Shown here: positions 1 through 9,159 of the stretch, in pieces
How positions within the stretch are numbered: the stretch's first letter is position 1
Layout: each line of letters opens with the position of its first letter
Source: Nitrosopumilaceae archaeon
GTDB lineage: Archaea; Thermoproteota; Nitrososphaeria; Nitrososphaerales; Nitrosopumilaceae
DNA length: 64,000 nucleotides
Assembly (NCBI GenBank): GCA_035457865.1
Contig: DATIAR010000082.1
Coordinates: 81-64,080, forward strand
Direction of reading: 5' to 3'
Notes under the pieces: generated by a model
What the model was told of the DNA's origin: nothing
The model's input: only the letters and a program-made list of their open reading frames with translations
Database searches by the model: none
Made by a program: the position numbers and the translations under genes

Positions 1-1
1 A

Positions 2-166
2 CAAGATAAAGCTGCTGCAATTAATTATGTAGAACAAAGAATTAAAGAATTAGAGGTTGCACTACAACAGATTTCTGCACAACGACAAGAAATAGCTGCA
101 CGACTAGAACACGGACAGCAAGAAATGAATCGCTTGATTCAAGAACATCGTAATCCCACGCAGTAA
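2..166 (+). CDS. pfdA: prefoldin alpha subunit, C-terminal fragment (5' end outside window)
   Basis: The frame is open from the window edge to TAA at 164-166. The tail QDKAAAINYVEQRIKELEVALQQISAQRQEIAARLEHGQQEMNRL is coiled-coil like the prefoldin alpha C-terminal helix. pfdA-ftsY adjacency is conserved in archaea. Confidence 0.5.
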   Translation, partial: QDKAAAINYVEQRIKELEVALQQISAQRQEIAARLEHGQQEMNRLIQEHRNPTQ

Positions 167-177
167 AGGCATAAACT

Positions 178-1494
178 ATGTTTGATAAACTAAGGAATGC
201 ATTTTCCTCTGCAACAAAGAGTTTTGGACAAAAAGAACTAAAGGAAAAGGACATTGACGAAGTTCTATTTGAGCTTGAAATTGCATTAATGGAATCTGAT
301 GTTGCTACAGAAGTAATTGATTCTATAAAATCAGATCTTAAAAAGAAACTAATTGGTACAACTGTTGAAAAAGAAAATATAGAAAACACAGTGAAGCAAA
401 GCTTACGAGAAAACATTTCAAATTTGTTTGATGCTGCAGGAAAAATTGACATTTTATCAAACATTCAAAAGAAAAAAGAAACAGGTGAGCCATACATCAT
501 ACTATTCGTAGGCATAAACGGTACTGGGAAGACTACTACTCTGGCAAAGGTAGCGCATCTCTTACAACAAAATAAATTCTCCGTTGTTATTGCAGCAGCT
601 GATACATACAGAGCTGGTGCTATTGAACAACTAAGTGAACATGCAAAGAGATTGAATCTTAAAATCATTGCACAAAACTATGGTTCAGATCCTGCTGCTG
701 TTGCACGCGATGCTGTGCTTTACGCAAAATCTCACAAAGTTGATTGTATACTAATTGATACAGCAGGAAGGATGCAAACCAGCAAGAATCTGATGGATCA
801 GATATCAAAAATCAACAAAGTTGTAAATCCTGATCTGAGAATTTTTGTTGGTGATTCTCTTGCAGGCAATGATACTGTAAATCAAGCACGAGAATTTCAT
901 CAATACACCAAATTTGAGGGAGCGATTCTTACAAAAAGCGATGCTGATGCACGTGGTGGTGCTGCAATTTCTATAGTAAAGATCACATCTACTCCAATTC
1001 TGTATCTAGGTGTTGGTCAGGAATACAAAGATTTGAAAATCTTTGATAAAGATACTTTTCTTGAATCCATACTGGGACTAGAAGAATCTATCGAAACACA
1101 AGAATCTAAGATGGATGTACAACAAGACGTTGTTACTATAAAAAAGACAGAACAAGAAAAAACACAAGAACCCAAAGTAATCTTGGCCGCACCAGAAATT
1201 AAAGCAGAAACAAACCAGGAGTCTATATCTACATCAAAACAGGATTTGCAAACAATAGAACAAAAAGATCCATTTGAGAATCTTTCGACAAAAGATATTG
1301 AGAAATATTCCAAATTGTTTGACATCATACCACCCGAAAATGATAAAGAAGCTATGGAATTGGCTACAAAAATCAGAGAATGGATTTCACAAGGCCGACC
1401 AAAAACAGAGTTTCCAGAAGAACAACAAACCACAGAGCAGGATGACACTAAACCTAAAAAGAAGCGTTCTTTATTTGGTTGGAGTAAGAAATGA
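178..1494 (+). CDS. ftsY: signal recognition particle receptor FtsY (NG domain plus unusual C-terminal low-complexity extension)
   Basis: SRP-GTPase motifs are present: GINGTGKTTT (G1), DTAGR (G3), TKSDADARGG (G4). The N-terminus MFDKLRNAFSS...LFELEIALMESDV is typical of archaeal FtsY. The gene lies next to pfdA. Confidence 0.9.
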   Translation: MFDKLRNAFSSATKSFGQKELKEKDIDEVLFELEIALMESDVATEVIDSIKSDLKKKLIGTTVEKENIENTVKQSLRENISNLFDAAGKIDILSNIQKKKETGEPYIILFVGINGTGKTTTLAKVAHLLQQNKFSVVIAAADTYRAGAIEQLSEHAKRLNLKIIAQNYGSDPAAVARDAVLYAKSHKVDCILIDTAGRMQTSKNLMDQISKINKVVNPDLRIFVGDSLAGNDTVNQAREFHQYTKFEGAILTKSDADARGGAAISIVKITSTPILYLGVGQEYKDLKIFDKDTFLESILGLEESIETQESKMDVQQDVVTIKKTEQEKTQEPKVILAAPEIKAETNQESISTSKQDLQTIEQKDPFENLSTKDIEKYSKLFDIIPPENDKEAMELATKIREWISQGRPKTEFPEEQQTTEQDDTKPKKKRSLFGWSKK

Positions 1495-2405
1495 AACTAA
1501 AAACAAAAGATCTACTTACGCTAAATGAGCTTGGTAAAAAAGAAATTGAAGAAATACTAAATAATGCAATAAAATTAAAAAAAGAGGTTAAAGCTGGCAT
1601 TTACAAGCCTTTACTAAAGAACAAAACACTTGCCATGATATTTCAAAAATCATCTACGCGCACACGAGTAAGTTTTGAAACGGGAATGTATCAATTAGGT
1701 GGACACGCTCTAAACTTATCCTTTGAGGAATTGCAACTTGCTAGGGGTGAAACAATCGGAGATACGGCAAAAACACTTTCTCGTTATGTCAATATCATAA
1801 TGGCACGAGTGTATTCACATGATGAAGTGGAGCTACTTGCAAAAAATGCAACAGTTTCTGTGATAAACGGACTGTCAGATTCTTTCCATCCATGTCAAAT
1901 ATTGGCTGACCTTATGACAATAAAAGAAAAAAAGAAAAATCTTACTGGCTTAAAACTTGCTTGGATAGGAGATGGTAACAACGTTTGCAACTCAATGATT
2001 TATGGATGCACAAAAACAGGAATTGATATCTCGATTGCAACGCCAAAAGGATATGAACCGGATAGGAATGTTGTAAAAGAATCAAAAAAGGTTGGCGAAA
2101 TTCAATTGTTAAACGATCCAATATTAGCTGTAACTGATGCTGATGTTGTAGTGACTGATACATTTGTGTCAATACATCATCAATCAACTGACAGGACTAA
2201 GGATTTCTTGCCCAAATTCCAAGTTAATTCATCTTTGATGAAAAAAGCTAAACCAGACGCAATTTTCCTACATTGTCTTCCGGCAAAGCGTGGACAAGAA
2301 GTTACAAACTCGGTAATTGATGGATCTCAATCAGCTGTTTGGGATGAAGCTGAAAATCGTTTACATGCTCAAAAGTCTCTTATGATTTCACTACTTCGAG
2401 TCTAA
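1491..2405 (+). CDS. argF: ornithine carbamoyltransferase
   Basis: Motifs STRTRVSFE (carbamoyl-phosphate binding), HPCQILAD and HCLPAKRGQE are present. HCLP is the OTCase signature, unlike the ATCase one. The start overlaps the ftsY stop (ATGA). Confidence 0.9.
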   Translation: MKLKTKDLLTLNELGKKEIEEILNNAIKLKKEVKAGIYKPLLKNKTLAMIFQKSSTRTRVSFETGMYQLGGHALNLSFEELQLARGETIGDTAKTLSRYVNIIMARVYSHDEVELLAKNATVSVINGLSDSFHPCQILADLMTIKEKKKNLTGLKLAWIGDGNNVCNSMIYGCTKTGIDISIATPKGYEPDRNVVKESKKVGEIQLLNDPILAVTDADVVVTDTFVSIHHQSTDRTKDFLPKFQVNSSLMKKAKPDAIFLHCLPAKRGQEVTNSVIDGSQSAVWDEAENRLHAQKSLMISLLRV

Positions 2406-2452
2406 CGTTTATAAGAGCTTTACCGAAATTTTTTGTGAAAGAGGATTAGTAA

Positions 2453-2941
2453 ATGGTATATTCGCAAATATTACGTAGACTGAGAGAAGAGAAGACAAAC
2501 TATAGAAAAAGAAAGAATCTTCTCATGGGTAGGAGAGACTTTATCACAGTACAGATCTCAAACGAAAATACACTGGTTCAAATTCATAAACCAGAAATGG
2601 AAGGAGACAAAGTTCTTGCTTCTGCACATTCTAGATCACTAATAAATAAAGGTTGGAAAGGTTCAAGGAAGAGCATTCCAGCTGCATATCTTACTGGTTA
2701 TCTTGCCGGAAAGAAAGCTCTTCTCAAAGGAGCAAAGGATGCAGTCCTTTACAGCGGTACAAGAAAATACACGCAAAGAATGGCAGCTGCACTAAAGGGC
2801 GTTATAGATGCTGGTCTTGAAGTACCAGCAGATGGTGAAACTTTTCCAGATGAAGAAAGACTTGGAGGTAAACATCTTAAAGTCATAAATGATATCGATA
2901 AGGTCAAGTCTGCAATAGATAGCGAGGTTAAAACTAAATGA
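2453..2941 (+). CDS. rpl18: 50S ribosomal protein L18 (uL18)
   Basis: The N-terminal basic segment RRLREEKTNYRKRKNLL is present. The gene sits immediately upstream of S5-L30-L15-secY, the canonical spc order. Confidence 0.85.
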   Translation: MVYSQILRRLREEKTNYRKRKNLLMGRRDFITVQISNENTLVQIHKPEMEGDKVLASAHSRSLINKGWKGSRKSIPAAYLTGYLAGKKALLKGAKDAVLYSGTRKYTQRMAAALKGVIDAGLEVPADGETFPDEERLGGKHLKVINDIDKVKSAIDSEVKTK

Positions 2942-3573
2942 GTCAAACAGAGCAAAGAGTCAGAAGAGAAAGAAAAGAACAAGAAGAAGTATGGGTTCCA
3001 AGGACGAGCCTTGGGGTTATGGTAAGCACTGGCAAAATAACATCCATGAAAGAAATTTATGAAAATGGTTACAGAATTCAAGAAGCAGGGATAATCAAAA
3101 AACTTTTGCCGGGAATTAAAACTGAAGTTATTGATGTAGGAATAGTTCAAAAACAAACAACAAACGGTGAATATACCAGATTCAAGGCATTGGTTGCAGC
3201 TGGAGATGAAAGTGGATGGCTTGGAATCGGACAAGGAAAATCAAAACAAATGAGAATTGCAATTGAAAAAGCTACAAACGCTGCATATCTTGCAGTAAGT
3301 CCAGTAAAACTTGGTTGTGGAAGCTGGGAATGTAGATGTGATCAACCTCACTCTGTTCCGTTTAAAGTACGAGGCAGAGGAGGAAGCGTTACAATAGAAA
3401 TAATCCCAGGTCCGAGGGGTCTTGGATTAGTTGCTGGGGGAAACATTAGAAATCTCCTGAAACTTGCAGGATTAAAAGACGTCTGGACAAAAAGCAAAGG
3501 TTCTACAAATACAATGACTTCTACATCCGGAGCAGTTCTTAACTGTCTTAGGCAAACATTTAGCCAAGGTTGA
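2938..3573 (+). CDS. rps5: 30S ribosomal protein S5 (uS5)
   Basis: S5 dsRBD and C-terminal domain motifs are present (FKALVAAGDESGWLGIGQGKSK, GPRGLGLVAGG). Operon position fits, and the start overlaps the upstream stop by 4 nt. Confidence 0.9.
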   Translation: MSQTEQRVRRERKEQEEVWVPRTSLGVMVSTGKITSMKEIYENGYRIQEAGIIKKLLPGIKTEVIDVGIVQKQTTNGEYTRFKALVAAGDESGWLGIGQGKSKQMRIAIEKATNAAYLAVSPVKLGCGSWECRCDQPHSVPFKVRGRGGSVTIEIIPGPRGLGLVAGGNIRNLLKLAGLKDVWTKSKGSTNTMTSTSGAVLNCLRQTFSQG

Positions 3574-4046
3574 TTGAAATGGCAAATTCTTTCTTAGTAG
3601 TTAGAATGAGAGGAACAGTAAACGTACCACATTGGGCTAGAACTACGCTTGACCTTTTACATTTGGATAAAAAATTCAGAGCAACAATAATTCCGGCAAA
3701 AGAAAATACGAAAGGTATGCTTGATAAGATCAAACATTACGTTTCTTGGCAGGAATTAGATGTGTCTTTTACAAAGGAATTGTTGGAAAAAAAGGCACGA
3801 AAAGGCGGTTATCAAAAAATTACTGATGAAGATATTGCCAAACTAGGATTCAAAAACACTGATGAACTTGCTAAATCTCTGGTGGAAGGTACATCTTCAT
3901 TATCAAAATTAAAACCACTAAAGCCGTGGTTTGCACTAGCACCACCGAAAAATGGCTTTAAGCGAAATACAAAGAAGATGTATGGTGAGGGAGGAATTTT
4001 AGGCAGCCATAAAGAGCTTCTTGCACAAGTAAGGAAAATGATATAG
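3570..4046 (+). CDS. rpl30: 50S ribosomal protein L30 (uL30)
   Basis: FLVVRMRGTVNVPHWARTTLDLLHL is typical of archaeal L30. The gene lies between S5 and L15. Confidence 0.85.
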   Translation: MIEMANSFLVVRMRGTVNVPHWARTTLDLLHLDKKFRATIIPAKENTKGMLDKIKHYVSWQELDVSFTKELLEKKARKGGYQKITDEDIAKLGFKNTDELAKSLVEGTSSLSKLKPLKPWFALAPPKNGFKRNTKKMYGEGGILGSHKELLAQVRKMI

Positions 4047-4047
4047 A

Positions 4048-4470
4048 ATGGCAACAAGACTTAGAAAAACACGAAAATTTAGAGGCGGAAGAAATCACGG
4101 ATGGGGACAAATTGGTCAACACAGAGCAAGTGGTCACAAAGGTGGTCTTGGTCAGTCTGGCATGCACAAACACCATTTTATCAAAATGCTTCTAACCGAT
4201 CCAAATCATTTTGGTCATGATTCTACTCACCCGCCGCACCCAAACCTTGTGAAAAAATGGATTAGTGTAAGAGACCTAGATTCTTTCTTTGCAAAATTCG
4301 GAAAACAGGAGGGAGAAAAAAAGATTATAGATCTTACAGAGCTCGGTTATGATAAACTTCTAGGTGGAGGTCAAACTAAAAATGCCTACACCATTAAAGT
4401 TGAAAGGTTCTCTGCTTCTGCAGAAGAAAAAGTAAAACAAGCTGGGGGCGAGGTGCTTGCACAAGCATGA
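4048..4470 (+). CDS. rpl15: 50S ribosomal protein L15 (uL15)
   Basis: The Gly/basic-rich N-terminus RKTRKFRGGRNHGWGQIGQHRASGHKGGLG is present. The gene lies directly upstream of secY. Confidence 0.85.
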   Translation: MATRLRKTRKFRGGRNHGWGQIGQHRASGHKGGLGQSGMHKHHFIKMLLTDPNHFGHDSTHPPHPNLVKKWISVRDLDSFFAKFGKQEGEKKIIDLTELGYDKLLGGGQTKNAYTIKVERFSASAEEKVKQAGGEVLAQA

Positions 4471-5903
4471 GTGTAGAAGGTACACCTACCAATATACTGA
4501 TAAAAGTTATTAAAAAAGCTGAAAACTACATTCCACAAGTACCAAAACCAAAAAAGAAACTTTCCTTACAAGTAAGACTTGCCTGGTGTGGATTAGCACT
4601 TTTAATCTACATGATAATGGCTCAGACACCTCTGTATGGTGCAACAACTCCTGCATTTGACTTTCTTGCATTTGCAAGAGTGATCTTTGCATCCCAACAA
4701 GGGACTCTTGTAGAACTTGGTATAGGACCAATAGTTACAGCAGGACTATTAATGCAGCTTCTGAAGGGTTCTGAAATATTTCACCTTGACTTTAAGAAAC
4801 CTGAAGATCGAAGCCTGTTTCAGACTGCTACAAAATTAGTAACATACATTGTAATTATTGCCGAGTCTGCACTATACGGATTGTCTGTTTATGGTCCAAA
4901 CCTTCCATCTCCAGAAGTAGGGTATATTTTGATAGGCCAGCTGATGGCTGCTTCGGTTATAATCATGTTTTTGGACGAATTAATTCAAAAAGGATGGGGA
5001 CTTGGAAGTGGAATCAGTCTTTTCATTGCAGCAGGAGTTGCACAACAAATGATGTGGAGTTTGTTTAGTCCAGTTCCTGCTGGAGATGGTGGATTGACTG
5101 GGATAATGCCATATCTTGCAGGTTCAATTATGAATGGTGGCAGCGTGTTAGATGTTCTCTTCAGAGCTAATCAATTGCCTAGTCTTTTTGGTTTGTTTCT
5201 AACAGCAGGGATTTTGTTGATTTTAGTTTATACACAGGGAATAAAAATAGAAATCCCAATTGTATCAACAAAGTACAGAGGATTTTCTGCAGTTTATCCA
5301 ATCAAGTTAATGTATGTGTCTAACATTCCTGTAATTTTAGCCTCTGCATTAACAGCAAACGCGGTGTTTGTAGGTCAATTGCTTTGGGCAAACTATAATC
5401 CACGTAATGATAATCAGCTTATGAATTTTCTTGGAATGTTTGATCCCTCGAGTCCTTCAACTCCAGTGGGTGGAATATTGTATTATATCACACCACCACG
5501 TGGACTTGATATAGCAGCATTAGATCCTCTACGTGCTGTACTGTATGTTCTATTTATGATAGGAATTGTAGTTTTGTTTGGAAGATTATGGGTAGAACTT
5601 GGTGGGCTATCAGCAAAGACCGCTGCTAAGAATCTTCTTGATGCTGACGTTCAGGTACCAGGTTTTAGACGCTCAAATGAACCAGTAGAAAATATTCTAC
5701 AAAAATACATCCCATCTGTTACCATTATTGGTTCTATGATTCTTGGTGTATTAGCAGGTGCATCAGACGTTCTAGGAGTTTTTGGAAGTGGAATAGGACT
5801 TTTGCTTACTGTAGACATTCTCATTAATTATTACAATTTGCTTATCAAAGAACAAGTAGAAACAGTAATGCCAAGGCTTGGTGCATTGCTTGGCAGAAAG
5901 TAA
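4467..5903 (+). CDS. secY: preprotein translocase subunit SecY
   Basis: 478 aa polytopic membrane protein in the canonical position after L15, with SecY-like TM pattern and plug region. Confidence 0.95.
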   Translation: MSVEGTPTNILIKVIKKAENYIPQVPKPKKKLSLQVRLAWCGLALLIYMIMAQTPLYGATTPAFDFLAFARVIFASQQGTLVELGIGPIVTAGLLMQLLKGSEIFHLDFKKPEDRSLFQTATKLVTYIVIIAESALYGLSVYGPNLPSPEVGYILIGQLMAASVIIMFLDELIQKGWGLGSGISLFIAAGVAQQMMWSLFSPVPAGDGGLTGIMPYLAGSIMNGGSVLDVLFRANQLPSLFGLFLTAGILLILVYTQGIKIEIPIVSTKYRGFSAVYPIKLMYVSNIPVILASALTANAVFVGQLLWANYNPRNDNQLMNFLGMFDPSSPSTPVGGILYYITPPRGLDIAALDPLRAVLYVLFMIGIVVLFGRLWVELGGLSAKTAAKNLLDADVQVPGFRRSNEPVENILQKYIPSVTIIGSMILGVLAGASDVLGVFGSGIGLLLTVDILINYYNLLIKEQVETVMPRLGALLGRK

Positions 5904-6480
5904 GAAAGTCATAATTGTTGGAATACCAGGAGTAGGAAAAACTACTATAGTATCAAAAATTGTAGAAATACTGAAAGCAAAAAAGATCGGTGTAAGTGTT
6001 TCAATTTTTGGTACCATAATGTTTGAAGAAGCACAAAAGAATGGAATCAAAAACAGAGACGAATTACGTAAACTATCTGTACCTGAACAAAAAAAACTAC
6101 AATCCATGGCTGCAAAAAGAATTGCTTCCATAAATGATGACGTTGTAATTGTAGACACTCATGCCTTCATCTCCACAAAGGAGGGCTTTTACCCTGGACT
6201 TCCGCATAATGTCTTGGAAATACTCATGCCTGATATCTTCATCATGATCACTGCAAGACCAGAAGAGATCTATAACAGAAGAATGAAGGATACGTCAAGA
6301 GATCGTGATATTGTATCCATTGACGCGATAAAAAAAGAACTTGATGTAACCAGTGCTATGTTATCCACCTGCTCGATTTTATGTGGTTCTCCAATAAAGA
6401 TGGTACTTAATTCTGAAGGAAAAGTTGATGAGGCTGCAAAAGCAATCGTAAATGGGATGGGGTATAACAATGGAAATTAA
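5878..6480 (+). CDS. adkA: archaeal-type adenylate kinase
   Basis: P-loop GIPGVGKTT is present. About 190 aa in the conserved secY-adk position. The start is non-ATG (GTG 5878 or TTG 5887) and overlaps the secY end. Confidence 0.85.
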   Translation: MVHCLAESKKVIIVGIPGVGKTTIVSKIVEILKAKKIGVSVSIFGTIMFEEAQKNGIKNRDELRKLSVPEQKKLQSMAAKRIASINDDVVIVDTHAFISTKEGFYPGLPHNVLEILMPDIFIMITARPEEIYNRRMKDTSRDRDIVSIDAIKKELDVTSAMLSTCSILCGSPIKMVLNSEGKVDEAAKAIVNGMGYNNGN

Positions 6481-7087
6481 TTTCATTCTGGATTTTCTGA
6501 ATTCGATTTTGCTTCAGATTCCAGGTATTAATCAAGGTCCACTGGGCAGTGTTGATCCCCTAGTCAAAGGGATGATTCCATCCGCATTGGGAATTGTAGG
6601 AATTGCAATTGGTCTTAACTTGTTCAATGCAATAATAAGGAGAAAAATGGTGGATCAAAACAAGCTCAGAAGACTAATGAAAGAAACAAAAGCTTGGCAG
6701 AAGGAAAGGATGGCTGCATTCAGAGCAAAAGATCAAGATAAGATAAATGAAATAAACAAAAAATCTGCATACATGAACAAAATGAACATGGAACTAATGC
6801 AAATGAATATGCGACCTATGATGATTACTTTCATACCGTTAATTTTGATCTTTTATTTTGTACTTCCTCCATTGTTTGCATATACAGTAGCTGTATCTCC
6901 AATATCTCTTAACTTCATACCTGGAGGTTATTTTGAGCTTACATGTACTGCTGAAAAGGTGATCTCACAACCAAACATATGCAAACATGAAAATGAGATA
7001 TACTTCTGGGCATGGTATTTTCTTTCATCCATAGCTTTTAGTGGTATCATTATGAGAGTCACAAAAACTACGATGGATCTAAACTGA
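6452..7087 (+). CDS. DUF106 / EMC3-Oxa1-YidC-like membrane protein
   Basis: TM helices flank a charged coiled region (KLRRLMKETKAWQKERMAAFRAKDQDK). The conserved archaeal position between adk and cmk is where DUF106 (YidC-like) genes sit. The start may be the ATG at 6470. Confidence 0.6.
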   Translation: MGWGITMEINFILDFLNSILLQIPGINQGPLGSVDPLVKGMIPSALGIVGIAIGLNLFNAIIRRKMVDQNKLRRLMKETKAWQKERMAAFRAKDQDKINEINKKSAYMNKMNMELMQMNMRPMMITFIPLILIFYFVLPPLFAYTVAVSPISLNFIPGGYFELTCTAEKVISQPNICKHENEIYFWAWYFLSSIAFSGIIMRVTKTTMDLN

Positions 7088-7088
7088 G

Positions 7089-7649
7089 TTGTCAAAATCC
7101 ATAATAATTTCTGGTCCTCCAGCCATTGGTAAAACTACCGTGGCAAAAGGACTAGCAAAAGAATTTGGACTGAAATATCTTAGCGGAGGGGATGTTTTAA
7201 AAGAATTAGCAGAGGAACAAGGATTTCATACTGGGGGTGATGATTGGTGGGACACAGTTGAAGGAATGACATTTTTGAATCAGCGAAAAACAAATCAAGA
7301 ATTTGATAAAAAAGTAGATGAAAAGTTAAAAGAATTATTCTACAAAGGAGGTGTAGTAATAACAAGCTATACTCTCCCTTGGCTTGTTAATGATGGAATT
7401 AAGATCTGGCTTGCAGGTTCACAGGAAAACAGTGCAAAAAGGATGACTACGAGGGACAACCTTTCTTCCGCAGACGCACTAGGAATAGTTAAAAAAAGAT
7501 ATCAAGAAAATAAATTGATATACAAAAAGCTTTATAGTTTTGACTTTGGCGAAAATCTTTCAGTTTTTGATAAAATAATAAACACGGATGGTCTTAGTGC
7601 CAATGAAGTACTTTCAATCGCAAAATCACTGGTAAAAAATTTACTATGA
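7089..7649 (+). CDS. cmk: archaeal cytidylate kinase
   Basis: P-loop GPPAIGKTT is present. About 186 aa with a TTG start, in the conserved position after adk and DUF106. Confidence 0.8.
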   Translation: MSKSIIISGPPAIGKTTVAKGLAKEFGLKYLSGGDVLKELAEEQGFHTGGDDWWDTVEGMTFLNQRKTNQEFDKKVDEKLKELFYKGGVVITSYTLPWLVNDGIKIWLAGSQENSAKRMTTRDNLSSADALGIVKKRYQENKLIYKKLYSFDFGENLSVFDKIINTDGLSANEVLSIAKSLVKNLL

Positions 7650-8644
7650 AACTAAAACAACTACAAAATCTTAGAGTATTAGATCAAGATATCACAAATG
7701 AAGAGTATGGCACATATTATGATAAGCGGACCGTAGAACAGCTTCTAAACTATGGATTAATAATTTTGGATAAACCAAACGGGCCTACTAGTCATGAGAC
7801 CGTAGCATGGGTAAAAAAAATATTCGGCATTTCAAAGGCAGGGCATAGTGGTACCCTTGATCCTCCTGTTTCTGGACTTTTACCAATAGGTTTTGGTGAA
7901 GCAACAAAAGCTTTAGCCGTACTGTTACTAGGACCAAAAGAATATCATGCTCTGGGAAGATTACACTCACTACCATCAAACGAAAAATTGAAAGATGTCT
8001 TACAGCAATTCGAGGGTAAAATTCATCAAAAACCTCCACAACGTTCTTCCGTTTCACGTCAAACAAGGATTAGAACTATCTATGAAATAGAAGTGATTGA
8101 ACAAAAAGAAAGACTCTTGCTTTTAAGAATTCTATGTGAAGCTGGAACATACATTAGAAAGATTTTCTATGATATGGGGGAGATATTGGGTCCTGGTGCT
8201 ACAATGATTGAACTAAGACGAACGCGGGTTGGACATTTTAATGAAGACTCTAATCTTGTTAAGATGCACGATCTTGTAGACGCACATGCCTTATGGAAAG
8301 AAAAAGGTGACAATTCTAAACTTTCGAAAATAATAATGCCGATAGAACACGCCCTTAGTGAGATAAAATCAGTTGTAATTAGAGATTCTGCAGTAGACGC
8401 ATTGTGTCATGGCGCACAGCTTGCAATTCCTGGTATTTTGGAAATTTCGTCTAATATGACAAGAGGGGACTATGTAGGAATATACACACAAAAAGGAGAA
8501 ATAGTTGCTCTAGGGGAGGCACTATTATCAGAATCTGAAATTGTAGAAAATACAAAAGGATTTGCCTTTCAAACAAAAAGAATCATAATGGCACCAAACA
8601 CATATCCAAAAAACTGGCGTTCGAGAACTGTAGTTAACAAATAA
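7646..8644 (+). CDS. cbf5: tRNA/rRNA pseudouridine synthase Cbf5 (H/ACA RNP catalytic subunit, TruB + PUA)
   Basis: The TruB catalytic motif GHSGTLDPPVSG is present, with a C-terminal PUA-like region. The gene follows cmk as in many archaea. Confidence 0.9.
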   Translation: MKLKQLQNLRVLDQDITNEEYGTYYDKRTVEQLLNYGLIILDKPNGPTSHETVAWVKKIFGISKAGHSGTLDPPVSGLLPIGFGEATKALAVLLLGPKEYHALGRLHSLPSNEKLKDVLQQFEGKIHQKPPQRSSVSRQTRIRTIYEIEVIEQKERLLLLRILCEAGTYIRKIFYDMGEILGPGATMIELRRTRVGHFNEDSNLVKMHDLVDAHALWKEKGDNSKLSKIIMPIEHALSEIKSVVIRDSAVDALCHGAQLAIPGILEISSNMTRGDYVGIYTQKGEIVALGEALLSESEIVENTKGFAFQTKRIIMAPNTYPKNWRSRTVVNK

Positions 8645-8669
8645 AAAGGAACAAAAAATAATTTCCATA

Positions 8670-9119
8670 TTGATTCCTAAAGGTGCTTTAATTGGACTTT
8701 GTTTTGGCATAATTATAGCTGCAATATTTGGTATCTTCTTATCAAGTATGACTGATCAAGCTCCAGCATTAGTATACGTAGACGGTCCATCACTTTCTAT
8801 CGTCACAGAAAAAATAAACTATAAGATTGGAGAAGACATCACTATCAAAATAGTAAATTCTGGAACAACACCATTGACGTTTTCAGACTCTTCTTATGGG
8901 TTGAGAGTTATTGGACTTGATGGCAGAATACTTTATTCTCCTCAATCAGCACAAGTAATCTCCATATTGCAACCAAAAGAAGAAAAAATGTTTGTATGGG
9001 ATCAAACAAAATCCGATGGTGAGAAGGTGATTGATGGACGATACAAAATTGTTTCAAAGACGATGCAAAATAATGGAAAAATGTTAGAGAAATCCATCAC
9101 AATAAACATCTTCAAATGA
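8670..9119 (+). CDS. membrane-anchored hypothetical protein (beta-rich extracellular domain)
   Basis: TTG start and an N-terminal TM (LIGLCFGIIIAAIFGIFLSS), followed by a roughly 120 aa beta-rich domain. No motif recognised. Confidence 0.5.
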   Translation: MIPKGALIGLCFGIIIAAIFGIFLSSMTDQAPALVYVDGPSLSIVTEKINYKIGEDITIKIVNSGTTPLTFSDSSYGLRVIGLDGRILYSPQSAQVISILQPKEEKMFVWDQTKSDGEKVIDGRYKIVSKTMQNNGKMLEKSITINIFK

Positions 9120-9159
9120 CCTTTTTCATATGATTGATGAAAATATTCCTAATGTTAAA

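Noticed and set aside
1491-2453. argF wedged between ftsY and the ribosomal L18 gene, considered as evidence of a rearrangement or horizontal insertion.
   Set aside because: Composition and codon style look the same as the flanks. The 4 nt overlap with ftsY suggests long-standing co-transcription. Archaeal spc clusters are often fragmented. This is not noteworthy without comparative data.
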